This document shows, piece by piece, positions 1-12,726 of a DNA stretch of 64,000 bases (the first letter of the stretch is position 1; each line of letters begins with the position of its first letter). The DNA lies in NCBI RefSeq assembly GCF_028641065.1, contig NC_073386.1:55180001-55244000 (forward strand). Direction: 5' to 3'. The DNA comes from Leucoraja erinacea. Lineage: Eukaryota. A program made the position numbers and the translations under genes. The notes under the pieces are model-generated. The model did no database searches. It was not told the origin of the DNA and saw nothing but the letters and a program-made list of their open reading frames with translations.

Positions 1-337
1 CCTGCTTGAAGTGGTATGAAACTGCACTTGAATTTGGTGGCCTTGCACCCTGCTGAAAGTGGTAAGAAACGTGGATTTGAATTTGGTGGCCTTGCACCCT
101 GCTTGAAATGGAATTTCAAGGAATAGTCATGAGTCAACTGCCAGCCCACCAGCCGTGCGTGAGCTGCCAGCAGATCAGGCTTGAGGGACTGAGCTGCCAC
201 CCCAAGAATCCATACCAGCACTCCAGAAAGCCCCCCCACTACCACCAATATTGGAATTGGTGGAGAGGTGGAATATTGCGTCGGGGGACCAGCCCTCCCG
301 TGTGAACATGGGACCCAACGGGTCCCACTTAGTCTAG
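1..337 (+). mobile_element. 3' part of a non-autonomous Helitron-like element
   Basis: Subterminal hairpin TGGGACCC-AAC-GGGTCCCA (309-327) then CTAG (334-337); contains 48-bp repeats. Confidence 0.6.
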
Positions 338-1648
338 TCTATATTACTAAATCTCTGATCTTGACCGCTTTTGGCCGACTGTGCTGCGATTTTCGATAGA
401 ACGCCGCCACCTACGGCCGTCATGTTTGGCCACCTCGCTCAGAGCCCCCCTCCGCCATATCAGTGTGGAGGATTTTTTCTGTCGATGACAAATTAGAGGG
501 ATATTAATGTTTTTACAAAATTCCCCATTCTCTCTGCTGCCCCCACTGGCGGCAGGGGGAGGGACTATAAAACCAGGAAGCGTCTCTGCCAGACCAGGAA
601 GCGAGAGGGTCACAGTTCTCTGAGCTGCGAATAACACTGAACGCACGTCTAATCCACGGTGAGTCCCCTCGATGCGCCTGTAAAGTGGCTGCAGTCCTTT
701 TTAAAAAGTTGGTGTTCACAAAATGAATTTTGTTTGTTGGGTGTCTGCAGCCCAATTGCCTTGCCTTGGCTTTTAAAATCGTTGCAGGGAGGGATTATAA
801 AACCCAGAAGTGTGGGTGTGGCTCAGTCTCTGCAAGATGGGGGAGGGAGAAGACTCGACTGTCTGAGCTGTGAATCAACTGAACTGTGAGTGTCTACTGA
901 ACTGTGTGTGGTTTACATGTGGTGTTTTGTGTGGTTTAATGGTGGTTTCCCCCTGCTTGAAATGGTGTGAAACTGCATTTGAATGTGGCCTTGCACCCTG
1001 GCATGAAATGGTATGAAACTGCATTTAAATTGGGTGGCCTTGAGCCTTGCATGAAATGGTAGGAAACTGCACTTGAATTTGGTGGCCTTGCATCCTGCTT
1101 GAAATGGCATGAAACAGCACTAGCATTTGGTGGCTTTGCACCCTGCTTGAAGTGGCATGAAACTGCACTTGAATATGGTGGCCTTGCACCCTGCTTGAAG
1201 TGGTCAGAAACTACATTTGAATTTGGTGGCCCTGCACCATGCTTGAAGTGGTAGGAAAGTGCACTTGAATTTGGTGGCCTTGCACCCTGCGTGAAGTGGC
1301 AGGAAACTGCACTTGAGTTTGGTGGCCCTGCACCATGCTTGAAGTGGTAGGAAACTGCATTTGAATTTGGTGGCCCTGCCCCATGCATGAAGTGGTATGA
1401 AACTGCACTTGAATTTGGTGGCCTTGCACCCTGCTTGGCATGGAATTTCAAGGAATAGCCGTGTCAACTGCCAGCCCACCAGCCGTGAGTGAGCTGCCAG
1501 CACATCAGGCTTTAGTGACTGAGCTGCCACACCAAGAATCCATTTGGCCCCCAATGTCCCTACTAGCCCCCTAGAAACCAGTCCCTTCAGCCCACAACAC
1601 CCATACTAGCACTCCAGAACCCCCCCACACGGGTCCAACTTAGGCTAG
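338..1648 (+). mobile_element. Non-autonomous Helitron-like element with internal minisatellite
   Basis: 5' TC start, 3' CTAG|T at 1645-1649 after a degenerate hairpin; internal sequence matches 1-337. Confidence 0.6.
952..1450. repeat. 48-bp minisatellite (~10 copies)
   Basis: Unit CCTGCTTGAAGTGGTATGAAACTGCACTTGAATTTGGTGGCCTTGCAC; 16-aa periodicity in overlapping ORFs. Confidence 0.9.
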
Positions 1649-2049
1649 TACCCTATAAAGATAGGCCTCATTAAAAACTGGAGGTAAATCCCAGCTGTGA
1701 AAGGTTGCACAATGCCTGTTGCTGCACAGTAACATCAAATCTGGAATTAAAGTCGAACAAAATGCCTGTATCAAATTCCACACGCAGATTACTTGAATTT
1801 GCTTATTAATTCCCATGTGATATTGAGTTCCTCTCATCCACTCACCTCACCAATCTGTTGTAGAATCTAAATTCGGACCTTACTCAAGTTTTGTACAGAG
1901 ATGAAATTAAAATATATATTTTACGCTGAGTAATTGTTAACAAAAAAAACCCCTTCAATGACAGAAAATAACAGGTATAAATGTAAAATAAAACAACAAC
2001 TTCATTTATCCCTGAGTCTCCCATAACTCTTTACCTATTTTGACATTAA

Positions 2050-2540
2050 GGGCCTGTCCCACTTAGGTGATTTTTTTGGCGTCTGCTAGCAACTGTCATA
2101 ATGGTCGCCGAAAAACCGCCAACTGGACCCCCCTACAACAATGTCTACGACAAGCTACAATAACCTAGCACCTACTCAACATCAAGCTACCGCAAGCTAC
2201 CAACAGCGGGCGACCCATTAGGATGTCCACCTAAGACCACACCTACGTCCATCCGCGACCAGCTATGACAAGCTATGACCCTGTCGGCAACAACTGAAGA
2301 CAACTTCAGCCAATTCAGTCGCCGGTACCCGTCGCTGGTTGAGGGAGATTGACGGAGGTAGTCGCCAATGGAATTCACCGAAGTCAGCACCGGCGACAAC
2401 CTACGTCACCTGGCAACAATCTACGTCACCTGGCAACAACCCATGTCATCCTGGCGCCAACCTTGGACAACACCTACGTCAGGAGACGTCAAGCTAAGCT
2501 CATTGGCATCAAGCTCACTGTCGCCGACTGTCGACCGGAA
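2050..2540. mobile_element. Truncated non-autonomous PIF/Harbinger-like DNA transposon
   Basis: TAA then TIR GGGCCTGTCCCACTTAGG; internal sequence matches 30480-30915; second TIR missing. Confidence 0.55.
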
Positions 2541-3201
2541 ACTGGTGTATTTTTCAAGGATTGTAAAGCTGTTGTTACTGAAGGACAGCACATTTTCACT
2601 GTTGTTCACTACTTTCTTCCAGGTGAAATTGGCTGAGGGGATGTTATGAATGGTGCAGCCAATGGTGACCTTTTCTCGCCATATATAATAATCACCATGA
2701 CTTGTCAGCTCAAGTTTCTGTTCAAGGAATTAGTCACAAAAAGCTAGAAAGTCTCTCCACTCCTGTGCCAAAGGATGGCAGCAGTTAGTTACACTTTCAC
2801 ATACGTTGTTAAATTAAAACCCCCTCTAGTTGACATAAACGATTCTGCAACACAATTCTAAATTTAACGTGGCAGAGTTCTGCCCAGTTTATTCCTGGTC
2901 AATATTTATCACTAAACCAACATCAGTCTGAAGAAGGATCCCAGCTTGAAACGTTACCCATCCATGTTCTCCAGGGATGTTACCTGACACACTGAGTTAC
3001 TCCAGAACTTTGTGTCTTGTTGTTGTTGTAAATCAACATATACAATTTGTTTTTCTTCATCATTACAACTAATTGGTTTTCCTCACATTGCTCTTTGTGA
3101 GAATGTGCTGCACCACATTTCGTTGCTTCACATGTAATAATTCAAGTTAAAATACTTTCACTTTCAGTTCCTGTAAATTTCTCATAAGTTTCCATACAAA
3201 C

Positions 3202-4505
3202 CTTGAACCTGGAGTTTGTTGCTGTTGATCTGCCTCCCCAGAGCATTAGTGGCCTCACATTGATACAGCCCTGCATTAGCTGGCTGGACAGCACGGATTG
3301 TCAATGTCCCAGTGCCAGAGTCTATCTGAATATCTATTAGACCTCACTATCTCCATCGCAGGTGATAGACGACTGACCGACGTCCACTATAAACCCACTG
3401 ACTCCCATGACTATCAGGACTGCACTTCTTCCACCCTGCTTCCTGTAAGGACGACATCCCCTACTCCCAATTCCTCCGTCCACGCCACATCTGCTCCCAG
3501 GATGAGGTGTTCCACACCAGGGCATCGGAGATGTCCGCATTCTTCAGGGAAGGGGGGTTCCCCTCTTCTATTATAGATGAGGCTCTCACCAGGATCCCTT
3601 CTATACCATGCAACTCTTCTCTCACTCCCCATCCCTCCACTTGCAACAAGGGCAGAGTCCATCCACCTTGTCCTCACCTTCCACCCAACCAGCCGTCATA
3701 TACAACAAATAATCCTCCAACATTTTCGCCACCTCCAACGGGATCCCACCGCTGCCCATATCTTCCCATCTCCTCCCCCGTCTGCTTTCTGCAGAGCCCG
3801 CTCCCTCCATATCTCCCTGGTCCATTCGTCCCTTCCCCATCCAAACCCCCCCTCTCCTGACACTTTCCCTTGCAACCACAGGAAATGCTACACTTGTCGC
3901 TTTACCTCCACTCATGACTCCACTCAAGGACCCAAGCAGCCTTTCCAGGTGCGGCAGAGGTTCACCTGCACCTCCTCCAACCTCATCTATTGCATCCGCT
4001 GCTCTAGATGCCAGCTGCTTTACATCGGTGAGACCAAGCGTAGGCTTGGCGATCTCTTCGCCCAACACCTCCGCTCGGTCCGCATTAACCAACCTGATCT
4101 CCCGGTAGCTCAGCACTCCCATTCCAAATCCATCCTTTCTGTCCTGGGCCTCCTCCATGGTCAGAGTTGGGCCCATCCCAGTGGTTTGAACATTGACTTC
4201 TCCAATTTTAGGAAGGCCCTGCTTTCTCCTCCCCTCCCCAGCTCTTCCTCAGCCCACTGTCTCCACCTTTTCCTCAGCCCACTGTCTCAATTTTCTCCCC
4301 CCCCCACATGTCTGAAGAAGGGTCTCGACCCAAAATGTTGCCTATTTCCTTCGCTCCATGGATGCTGCCTCACCCACTGAGTTTCTCCAGTATTTTTGTC
4401 TATCTCTGACAGGGGGGTTGGAGTGGTTTGTGCAGCTGAACGTGACACGGTCTCCTTCCTTCACTTCGGAGGGGGTGATGGAGACAACGATGTCCCTGGG
4501 GCTAC
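3202..4505 (-). pseudogene. Copy B repeat-type pseudo-exon split by a Penelope element
   Basis: 5' part 4411-4505 (GSPRDIVVSITPSEVKEGDRVTFSCT), 3' part 3202-3324 with donor; polypyrimidine acceptor lost. Confidence 0.75.
3325..4408 (+). mobile_element. Penelope-like retroelement 3' fragment (RT thumb, Zn linker, GIY-YIG)
   Basis: ORF 3577..4380: FPCNHRKCYTC and NLIYCIRCSRCQLLYIGETKRRLGD. Confidence 0.88.
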
Positions 4506-5483
4506 CTCCCACACGAGCGCAGCTACCTCCCAACCTCAACTACCTCCTCTAGCAGCTTGTTCCATACACCCACCACCCTTGCTGTGAAAAAGTTACCCCT
4601 CAGATTACTCTTAAATCTTTTCCCCTTCACCTTCAACCTTTGTTCTCTGGTCCTTGATTCACCTACTCTGGGCAAGAGACTCTGTGCATCTACCCGATCT
4701 ATACATCCCGTGATGTCTATTAATGATTGTTACAACCATAGATTATTGCAATTTATAATGATTCAGTTCCTGTGTATTTCCCATTAATTTCCACACATAC
4801 TCATATATTCGTACTTACTTTATGAGCCAAGTATATATTGTAACATACGAGGAATTTTGATTTGCCATACAGTTATACAACTAAAAAGCAATAAAAAACA
4901 CAAAATACATTTTAGCATAAACATCCAGCACAGTGACTCCTCCACATTCCTCACTGTGATGGAAAGTAAAAAAAAGTTCGATCTCTTCCCTTCTTTGATC
5001 TCCAACGGTCGGGTGTCTTTCACCTTCCGTTGACGGGACGATCTTGAGTCCCGTAGCCGGCAGCAGGCCCTACGTCGGGAGATGTCAGTTCCCCGCGCCG
5101 GGCGATCGGACCCCGGGTCGGGGCTAGTCGAACATCATGTGGTTTTGGAGCTTCCCGACTTGGTCTCTCCCGAGGCTGCAAGCCCTTGATGTTAAAGTCC
5201 ACAGGCTGTGGATTGGAGCATCGATGCCAGGCAAAGGATCAGCTCCGATGTCAAGTCCACGCCTCCAGCTCCACGATGTTAGGCCGCAGAGTGACCAGAG
5301 ATACGACCCGGAAAACAATCGCATCTCCAGCAAGATAAGTGATTTCCCCTGACCCCACTCCCCACATAAACAAACCAGAGAACATTAACACAAATTTTTA
5401 AATAATAATAGAAATAACAAAAAAAAGACAAAAGGGGAGACTGTTGGCGAAGCTGCCATCGCGGCACCATCCGATATTGAACA

Positions 5484-5584
5484 TTGAACCTGGAGTTTGT
5501 TGCTGTTGATCTGCTGGGTTGTGCAGTTGAATGTGACCCTGTCTCCTTCCTTCACATCGGAGAGAGTGGTGTCCCTGGGGCTAC
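5484..5584 (-). pseudogene. Copy B repeat-type pseudo-exon with large internal deletions
   Basis: Start (GTAGCCCCAGGGACACC) and end (CTCCAGGTTCAA) of the 264-nt exon present in only ~100 nt. Confidence 0.7.
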
Positions 5585-5623
5585 CTGAGAACAGAGGCGT
5601 GAGAAATTAATTTATTGCTAAAA

Positions 5624-7076
5624 TAGAATATAGAGTAGAATAGTTTCTTTATTGTCATTGTAACATGAACCATGTACAACAAAATTTACAAATGTCAGCC
5701 AGTCAGTGCACCATTCAAACATTTCTAAAAGCTAACGATACATACAAGGTAAAATGTTAAAAAAAGATAAACTAAAATAAATATCATGAAAATAGCACGC
5801 ATAAACACCCAACCCTACATCCTTCTGTCGATTTCACAGTGTACCACAGTCCCTTAGTATGTATCGCCCCTGCGTTCCTTGGCAGCTACATTTAGTAGTG
5901 GGGTAAAAACAGTTTTTAAGTCTGTTTGTCCTTGTCCTTGTAGATCTGTACCGTCTGCCGGACGGCAACAGTTCAAACAGGGAGTGTCCGGGGTGGAAAA
6001 TGTCCTTTATAATACTCTGATGCAGCGGGAACTGTGTAAGTCCTCCAAGGTAAGGAGAGGGCAGCTGACAATCCTCTGGGCATTGTCAATGGCCCTCTGG
6101 AGCGCTTTCCTCTGAGCCGCTGGTGTACCACGCATACACAGTTTGTTAGGATGCTCTCAATGGAGCACCGATAAAAGGACAGCAGCAGTCTCCGAGTGAT
6201 GTTATTCTTCCCGAGCACCCTCAGGAAGTGCAGTCTCTGCTGGACCTTTTTCAGCAGCGCAGAGGTGTTCACGCTCCACATCAGGTCCTCCTCAATATGG
6301 ATTCCCAGGAAGCAGAAATCCGCCACCCTCTCCACACAGTCCCCTCTGATAATCAATGGTACCATGTCCGTTTTATTCTTCCTGAAGTCTATTATTATTT
6401 CCTTTGTCTTTAAGGTGTTGAGGAGCAGGTTATTTTCTCCACACCACACTGTCAGCTGCTCCGCCTCATCCCGGTAGGCGTACTCGTCCCCCCCGGAGAT
6501 GAGTCCCACCACCGTAGTGTCATCCGCAAATTTGACAATGGTGTTGCTGTGGTGGGCTGGGGTGCAGTCATGTGTGTAGATGGTGTAGAGCAGGGGGGCT
6601 CAGTACACAGCCCTGTGGAGAGCCGGTACTGAGGCTGAGGGCCGTGGATGTGTGATGGCCCACTCTGACTCTCTGGCTGCGACCCGATAGGAAGCTATTT
6701 ATCCACATGCAGGTGGAGTGTGGAAGTCCCAAGTCCCCCAGTTTGTCCCCCAGTTTGTGGGGAAGGATGGTATTAAAAGCAGAGCTGTAGTCCACAAAGA
6801 GCATCCACACGTAGCTCCCCCGCTGCTCCAGGTGGGACAGTGCAGCATGGAGAGCTGTGGCTACAGCGTCCTCTGTAGACCTATTCGCTCTGTGCGCAAA
6901 CTGGTGGGGGTCAAAGCTTCGGGGCAGGAGTGATGTGATATGACCCCGGACCAGTTTTTCAAAACACTTCATCACCACTGGTGTGAGTGCGACTGGCCGG
7001 TAGTCGTTGAGGCTGGAAATGTGGGTTTTTTTGGGCAAGGGGACTATGGTTGCGGACTTCAGACAGGGTGGAACAG
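5624..7076 (-). mobile_element. Rex1/Babar non-LTR retrotransposon, 5'-truncated and degenerate
   Basis: [53 protein letters not shown]; CTATT-type tail. Confidence 0.85.
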
Positions 7077-9315
7077 GTTTAGCCAAAACAGTGCAAAGAA
7101 ACATAGAGTCATAGTCATAAAGTGATACATTGTTGAAACAGGCCCTTCAGTCCAACCTGCCATCATGTCCCAGCTACACTAGTCCATGTCTCTCCAAATC
7201 TGTCCTACCCATGCACCTGTCTATTAAAGGGCCTGTCCCACTGATGCGACCTTTCAGCAACTGTTTTCAACCTTCAAGCTCGAGGGCACTCGCCTGAAAA
7301 ACCTCGAGCTGGATCGACCGTCAACGATAAAACCGTGAGCTGGATCGACTGACCGCACACATACATAAACACATCGCAAAGGTGGGGGCCAGGAAAGCGG
7401 GGGAGCGCGGTCTGAAATTCATACGTGTGATGAACAGGAAGGTAAAAGACGGTTGCACAGTGTACGGTAAGTCCTTTAGAGAGCGCGCGGGGGGGGGGGG
7501 GGGGGGGGGGGAAGGGGGGAGAAGAGGGAGAGAAGTGGGGGGAGAGAAGTGGGGGGAGAGACTTTTAAGAAGCTAGACAACTTATAATAAAGTTTAACAT
7601 TGCCGTCGGTTTTTTTGGTCCTGAAAACTCCAATAAGCCAATTAAAATGCCCAGTCAGCGAAGGAGATTGCCTATGGCTGCCTGTAACTACATAGCAACG
7701 CCACTCCACTGCACTACGAGTTCAAAAGAATCATGCCGACCAATTTTTACATGCGGAAAATTTTTCAACATGCTGAAACATTTTCCTCAACCTAATTGAG
7801 GCTGCGAGTATGCAGGAACTTCTCTCGAGAATCTCAAGGAGAGTTCCAGTGACATCATAGGACCTCCTAGGACAACGTGTCAACCATGCTGCACGTTTGA
7901 GTTGAGGGCAAACTCTTCTAGAACTCAAGTAGAATGGGATTATATGATTAAAGTATTGCAAAAATTTCAAATGGGAGAGAACTTCATCGCATGGATAAAA
8001 TTATTATATAACAAACCCACGGCTAGAATATTAACTAATAATATACTATCCACGAAATTCCAATTATCAAGGGGCAATAGACAAGGATGTTCATTATCAC
8101 CGCTGTTATTTGCTCTGGTAATTGAACCTCTAGCTGAAAAAATCAGAACACACCCGGATATTTACGGTTATAATACAAAATATTCAAATAACAAAATATC
8201 TTTATACGCAGACGATGTACTACTGTATATCACAAAACCCCAAATCAGTATACCAAATATTAAAGCAAATTGAGGACTTTGGATCTTTCTCAGGATACAG
8301 AATAAACTGAAACAAAAGTGAAATTATGTCGATAAAACCGAGAGACTCAACACTACTCTTGAAATTCCCCTTTAAAATAGCCACAGAAAAATTCAAATAT
8401 TTAGGAATTGATGTTACTAGAAACTATCACGCTATGTTTAACGCCAATTATAGCCCCTTACTTAAGAAACTAAATAATCTAATCAAATTCTGGAAAACGC
8501 TCCTGATGTCTTTAATAGGTCGAATAAATGCTATAAAAATGATCTTTTTACCACAAATCCTATATTTATTTCAATCAATACCTATATATCTTCCAAAAAA
8601 GTTTTTCAAAAAACTAGACTCGGACATTACAAATTTTATATGGGATTATAAATGCCACAGAATACAAAGAGCACACCTTAGTAAACCAAAAGAGATGGGT
8701 GGTCTAGCGCTTCCTAACTTCATGTACTATAATTGGGAAGTAAATATTAAAAATATGATTCACCTGCTGGACAATTCTGCCCAGCAGGTGGACTGGATTG
8801 TAATGGAGAGAGAGGACTGCTCTCTGTGTAATATAGGAGCGACTCTCCTCTCACCAACGAATCTGAATAACAAAAATTATAATAAAAATCCAATGATACA
8901 TAGCACAATTAGAACTTGGAAACAAAATCTAAAATTAAGAAATCCATCTCTTTTAATGCCAATAGTCAATAACCCATCATTTAAACCCTCAATTATAGAT
9001 AAATCATTTACACAATGGGAAAGAATGGGAATCAAAACGCTCGGAGACTTGTATGAATTAGGAAAATTATTATCATTTCATCAATTACAACTGAAATATA
9101 ATTTGAAAAATAATCAATATTTTAAATATCTTCAAATCCGTGCCTATCTGAAAAAATACACAAAAGACTATCATAACATGCCCCCAGACTTATTGGATGA
9201 AGCCATGAAGACAAAGGCTGAATCAGCAAATCTAATATCATACTTATACAACATTATTTTAAATATAGAAATACCTACAACCGATGGTATTAGAAGAGAC
9301 TGGGAACAAGAACTA

Positions 9316-12300
9316 CGCGATAGTGAGAGTAGGAATGGAGCGAGGTGGAGGATAAATGCATGGCTGAAAGACTGGTGCAGAGGGCAGGGATTCAAGTTTC
9401 TGGATCATTGGGACTTCTTTTGGAGAAGGTGGGACCTGTACAGAAAGGATGGATTGCACTTGAACCCGAGGGGGACCAATATCCTGGCGGGGAAATTTGC
9501 AAAGGCTACTGGGGAGACTTTAAACTAGAATGGTTGGGGCGAGGGACTCAAATAGAGAAAGCTAGTAGACAGAATGGAAGGCAGGAAGCAGAAAAGGGAA
9601 ACACTCGGACACAAGAGGAGAAAGAAGAACAAGGAAATAAACAGAGAATAAGAGGCGGGGGGTTTCTTAAATGTGCATATTTTATAGCTAGGAGCATTGT
9701 AAGAAAGGTGGATGAGCTTAGAGTCCGGATAGACACCAGGAAGTATGATGTTGTGGCGATCAGTGAAACATGGTTGCAGGAGGGCTGTGATTGGAAACTA
9801 AATATTCCAGGATTTCGTTGCTCCAGGTGTGATAGAATTGGAGGGGCAAGAGGTGGAGGTGTTGCATTGCTAGTCAGGGAAGATATTACAGCAGTGCTTT
9901 GGCAGGATAGATTTGAGGGCTCATCTAGGGAGGCTATTTGGGTGGAACTGAGAAGTGGGAAAGGTGTAGCAACACTTATAGGGGTGTATTATAGACCGCC
10001 AAATGGGGATCGAGAATTGGAAGAGCAAATATGTAAGGAGATAGCAGATATTAGTAGTAAGCACAAGGTAGTGATTGTGGGAGATTTCAACTTTCCACAC
10101 ATAGACTGGGAAACACATTCTGTAAATGGGCTGGATGGTTTTGAGTTTGTAAAATGTGTGCAGGATAGTTTTTTGCAGAAATACATAGAGGTACCTACTA
10201 GAGGAGGGCAGTGCTGGACCTCCTGTTAGGAAATGAGATGGGACAGGTGGCGGAGGTATGCGTTGGGGAACACTTCGGGTCCAGTGATCACAATACCATT
10301 AGTTTCAATATAATTATGGAGAGGGTCAGAACTGGACCTAGGGTTGAGATTTTTGATTGGAGAAAGGCTAACTTTGATGAGATGCGAAATGGAGTGAACT
10401 GGGACATTTTGTTTTATGGGAAGGATGTAGAAGAGAAATGGACTACATTTAAAGGGTACAGAATCTTTATGTTCCTGTTCGGTTGAAAGGAAACAGTAAA
10501 AATTGGAAAGAGCCCTGGTTTTCAAGGGAATTTGGACATCTTGTTCGGAAAAAGAGGGATATCTACAATAATTATAGGCAGCATGGAGTAAATGAGGTGC
10601 TTGAGGAGTATAAGGAATGTAAAAAGAAACTTAAGAAAGAAATTAGAAAAGCTAAAAGAAGATATGAGGTTGCTTTGGCAAGTAAGGTGAAAGTAAATCC
10701 AAAGAGTTTCTACAGCTATATTAATAGCAAAAGGATAACAAGGGATAAAATTGGTCCATTGGAGAGACAGAGTGGACAGCTATCTGCAGAGCCAAAAGAG
10801 ATGGGGGAGATATTGAACAATTTCTTTTCTTCGGTATTCACCAAGGAGAAGGATATTGAATTATGTGAGGTAAGGGAAACTAGTAGAGTAGCTATGGATA
10901 CTATGAGTTTCAAAGTAAAAGAAGTACTGACACATTTGAAAAATATAAAAGTGGATAAGTCTCCAGGTCCTGACAGGATATTCCCTAGGACATTGAGGGA
11001 AATTAGTGTAGAAATAGCCGGGGCTATGACAGAAATATTTCAAATGTCATTAGAAACAGGAATAGTCCCCGAGGATTGGCGTACTGCGCATGTTGTTCCA
11101 TTGTTTAAAAAGGGTTCTAAGAGTAAACCTAGCAATTATAGACCTGTTAGTTTGACTTCAGTGGTGGGCAAATTAATGGAAAAGATACTTAGAGATAATA
11201 TATATAAGCATCTGGATAAACAGGGTCTGATTAGGAACAGTCAACATGGATTTGTGCCTGGAAGGTCATGTTTGACTAATCTTCTTGAATTTTTTGAAGA
11301 GGTTACTAGGGAAATTGACGAGGGTAAAGCAGTGGACGTTGTCTATATGGACTTTAGTAAGGCCTTTGACAAGGTTCCTCATTGAAGGTTGGTTAAGAAG
11401 GTTCAACTGTTGGGTATAAATGCAGGAGTAGCAAGATGGATTCAACAGTGGCTGAATGGGAGACGCCAGAGGGTAATGGTGGATGGCTGTTTGTCGGGTT
11501 GGAGGCAGGTGACTAGTGGGGTGCCTCAGGGATCTGTGTTGGGTCCTTTGTTGTTTGTCATGTACATCAATGATCTGGATGATGGTCTGGTAAATTGGAT
11601 TAGTAAGTATGCAGATGATACCATGATAGGGGGTGTTGTGGATAATGAAGAGGATTTCCAAAGTCTACAGAGTGATTTAGGCCATTTGGAAGAATGGGCT
11701 GAAAGATGGCAGATGGAGTTTAATGCTGATAAATGTGAGGTGCTACACCTTGGCAGGACAAATCAAACTAGGACGTACATGGTAAATGGTAAGGAATTGA
11801 AGAATGCAGTTGAACAGAGGGATCTGGGAATAACCGTGCATAGTTCCTTGAAGGTGGAATCTCATATAGACAGGGTGGTAAAGAAAGCTTTTGGTATGCT
11901 AGCCTTTATAAATCAGAGCATTGAGTATAGAAGCTGGGATGTAATATTAAAATTGTACAAGGCATTGATGAGACCAAATCTGGAGTATGGTGTACAATTT
12001 TGGTCGCCCAATTATAGGAAGGATGTCAACAAAATAGAGAGAGTACAGAGGAAATTTACTAGAATGTTGCCTGGGTTTCAACAACGAAGTTACAGAGAAA
12101 GGTTGAATAAGTTAGGTCTTTATTCTCTGGAGCGCAGAAGGTTAAGGGGGGACGATAGAGGTCTTTTAAAATGATGAGAGGGATAGACAGAGTTGATGTG
12201 GACAAGCTTTTCCCTTTGAGAATAGGGAAGATTCAAACAAGAGGACATGACTTCAGAATTAAGGGACAGAAGTTTAGGGGTAACATGAGGAGGAACTTCT

Positions 12301-12530
12301 TTACTCAGAGAGTGGTAGCGGTGTGGAATGAGCTTCCAGTGGAAGTGGTGGAGGCAGGTTCGTTGGTATCATTTAAAAATAAATTGGATAGGCATATGGA
12401 TGAGAAGGGAATGGAGGGTTATGGTATGGGTGCAGGCAGGTGGGACTAAGGGAAAATAATTGTTCGGCATGGACTTGCAGGGCCGAGATGGCCTGTTTCC
12501 GTGCTGTAATTGTTATATGGTTATATGGTA
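9316..12530 (+). mobile_element. CR1 LINE (end of ORF1 SGNH esterase, ORF2 APE+RT, frameshifted)
   Basis: DGLHLN, VAISETW, GVYYRPP, GDFN, SDH, PQGSVLGP, YADD; (TTATATGG)n tail. Confidence 0.92.
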
Positions 12531-12726
12531 ATTAGCTATAAAAATTTCAAAAGAGAGCTGGGATAAACACTTACTATATGTGCATAAATGCTCGATAAAG
12601 GTACGACATACTCTAATGCAATTCAAAACATTACATAGACTATATTATTCAAAAACTAAAATAAATAACCTTTTTCCCAATGTCTCACCCATTTGTGATA
12701 AATGTCAGTCACAAGAAGCTACCATA

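Noticed and set aside
936-1554. 16-aa-repeat ORFs in three frames
   Set aside because: By-product of the 48-bp minisatellite
1835-1900. Possible small minus-strand exon with GAG|GTGAGT donor as a copy B 3' exon
   Set aside because: No convincing reading frame and no similarity to the TM exon
8326-9528. 400-aa ORF fusing L1 ORF2 to an SGNH esterase
   Set aside because: Chance in-frame junction where a truncated CR1 inserted into L1-A; no promoter or splice evidence
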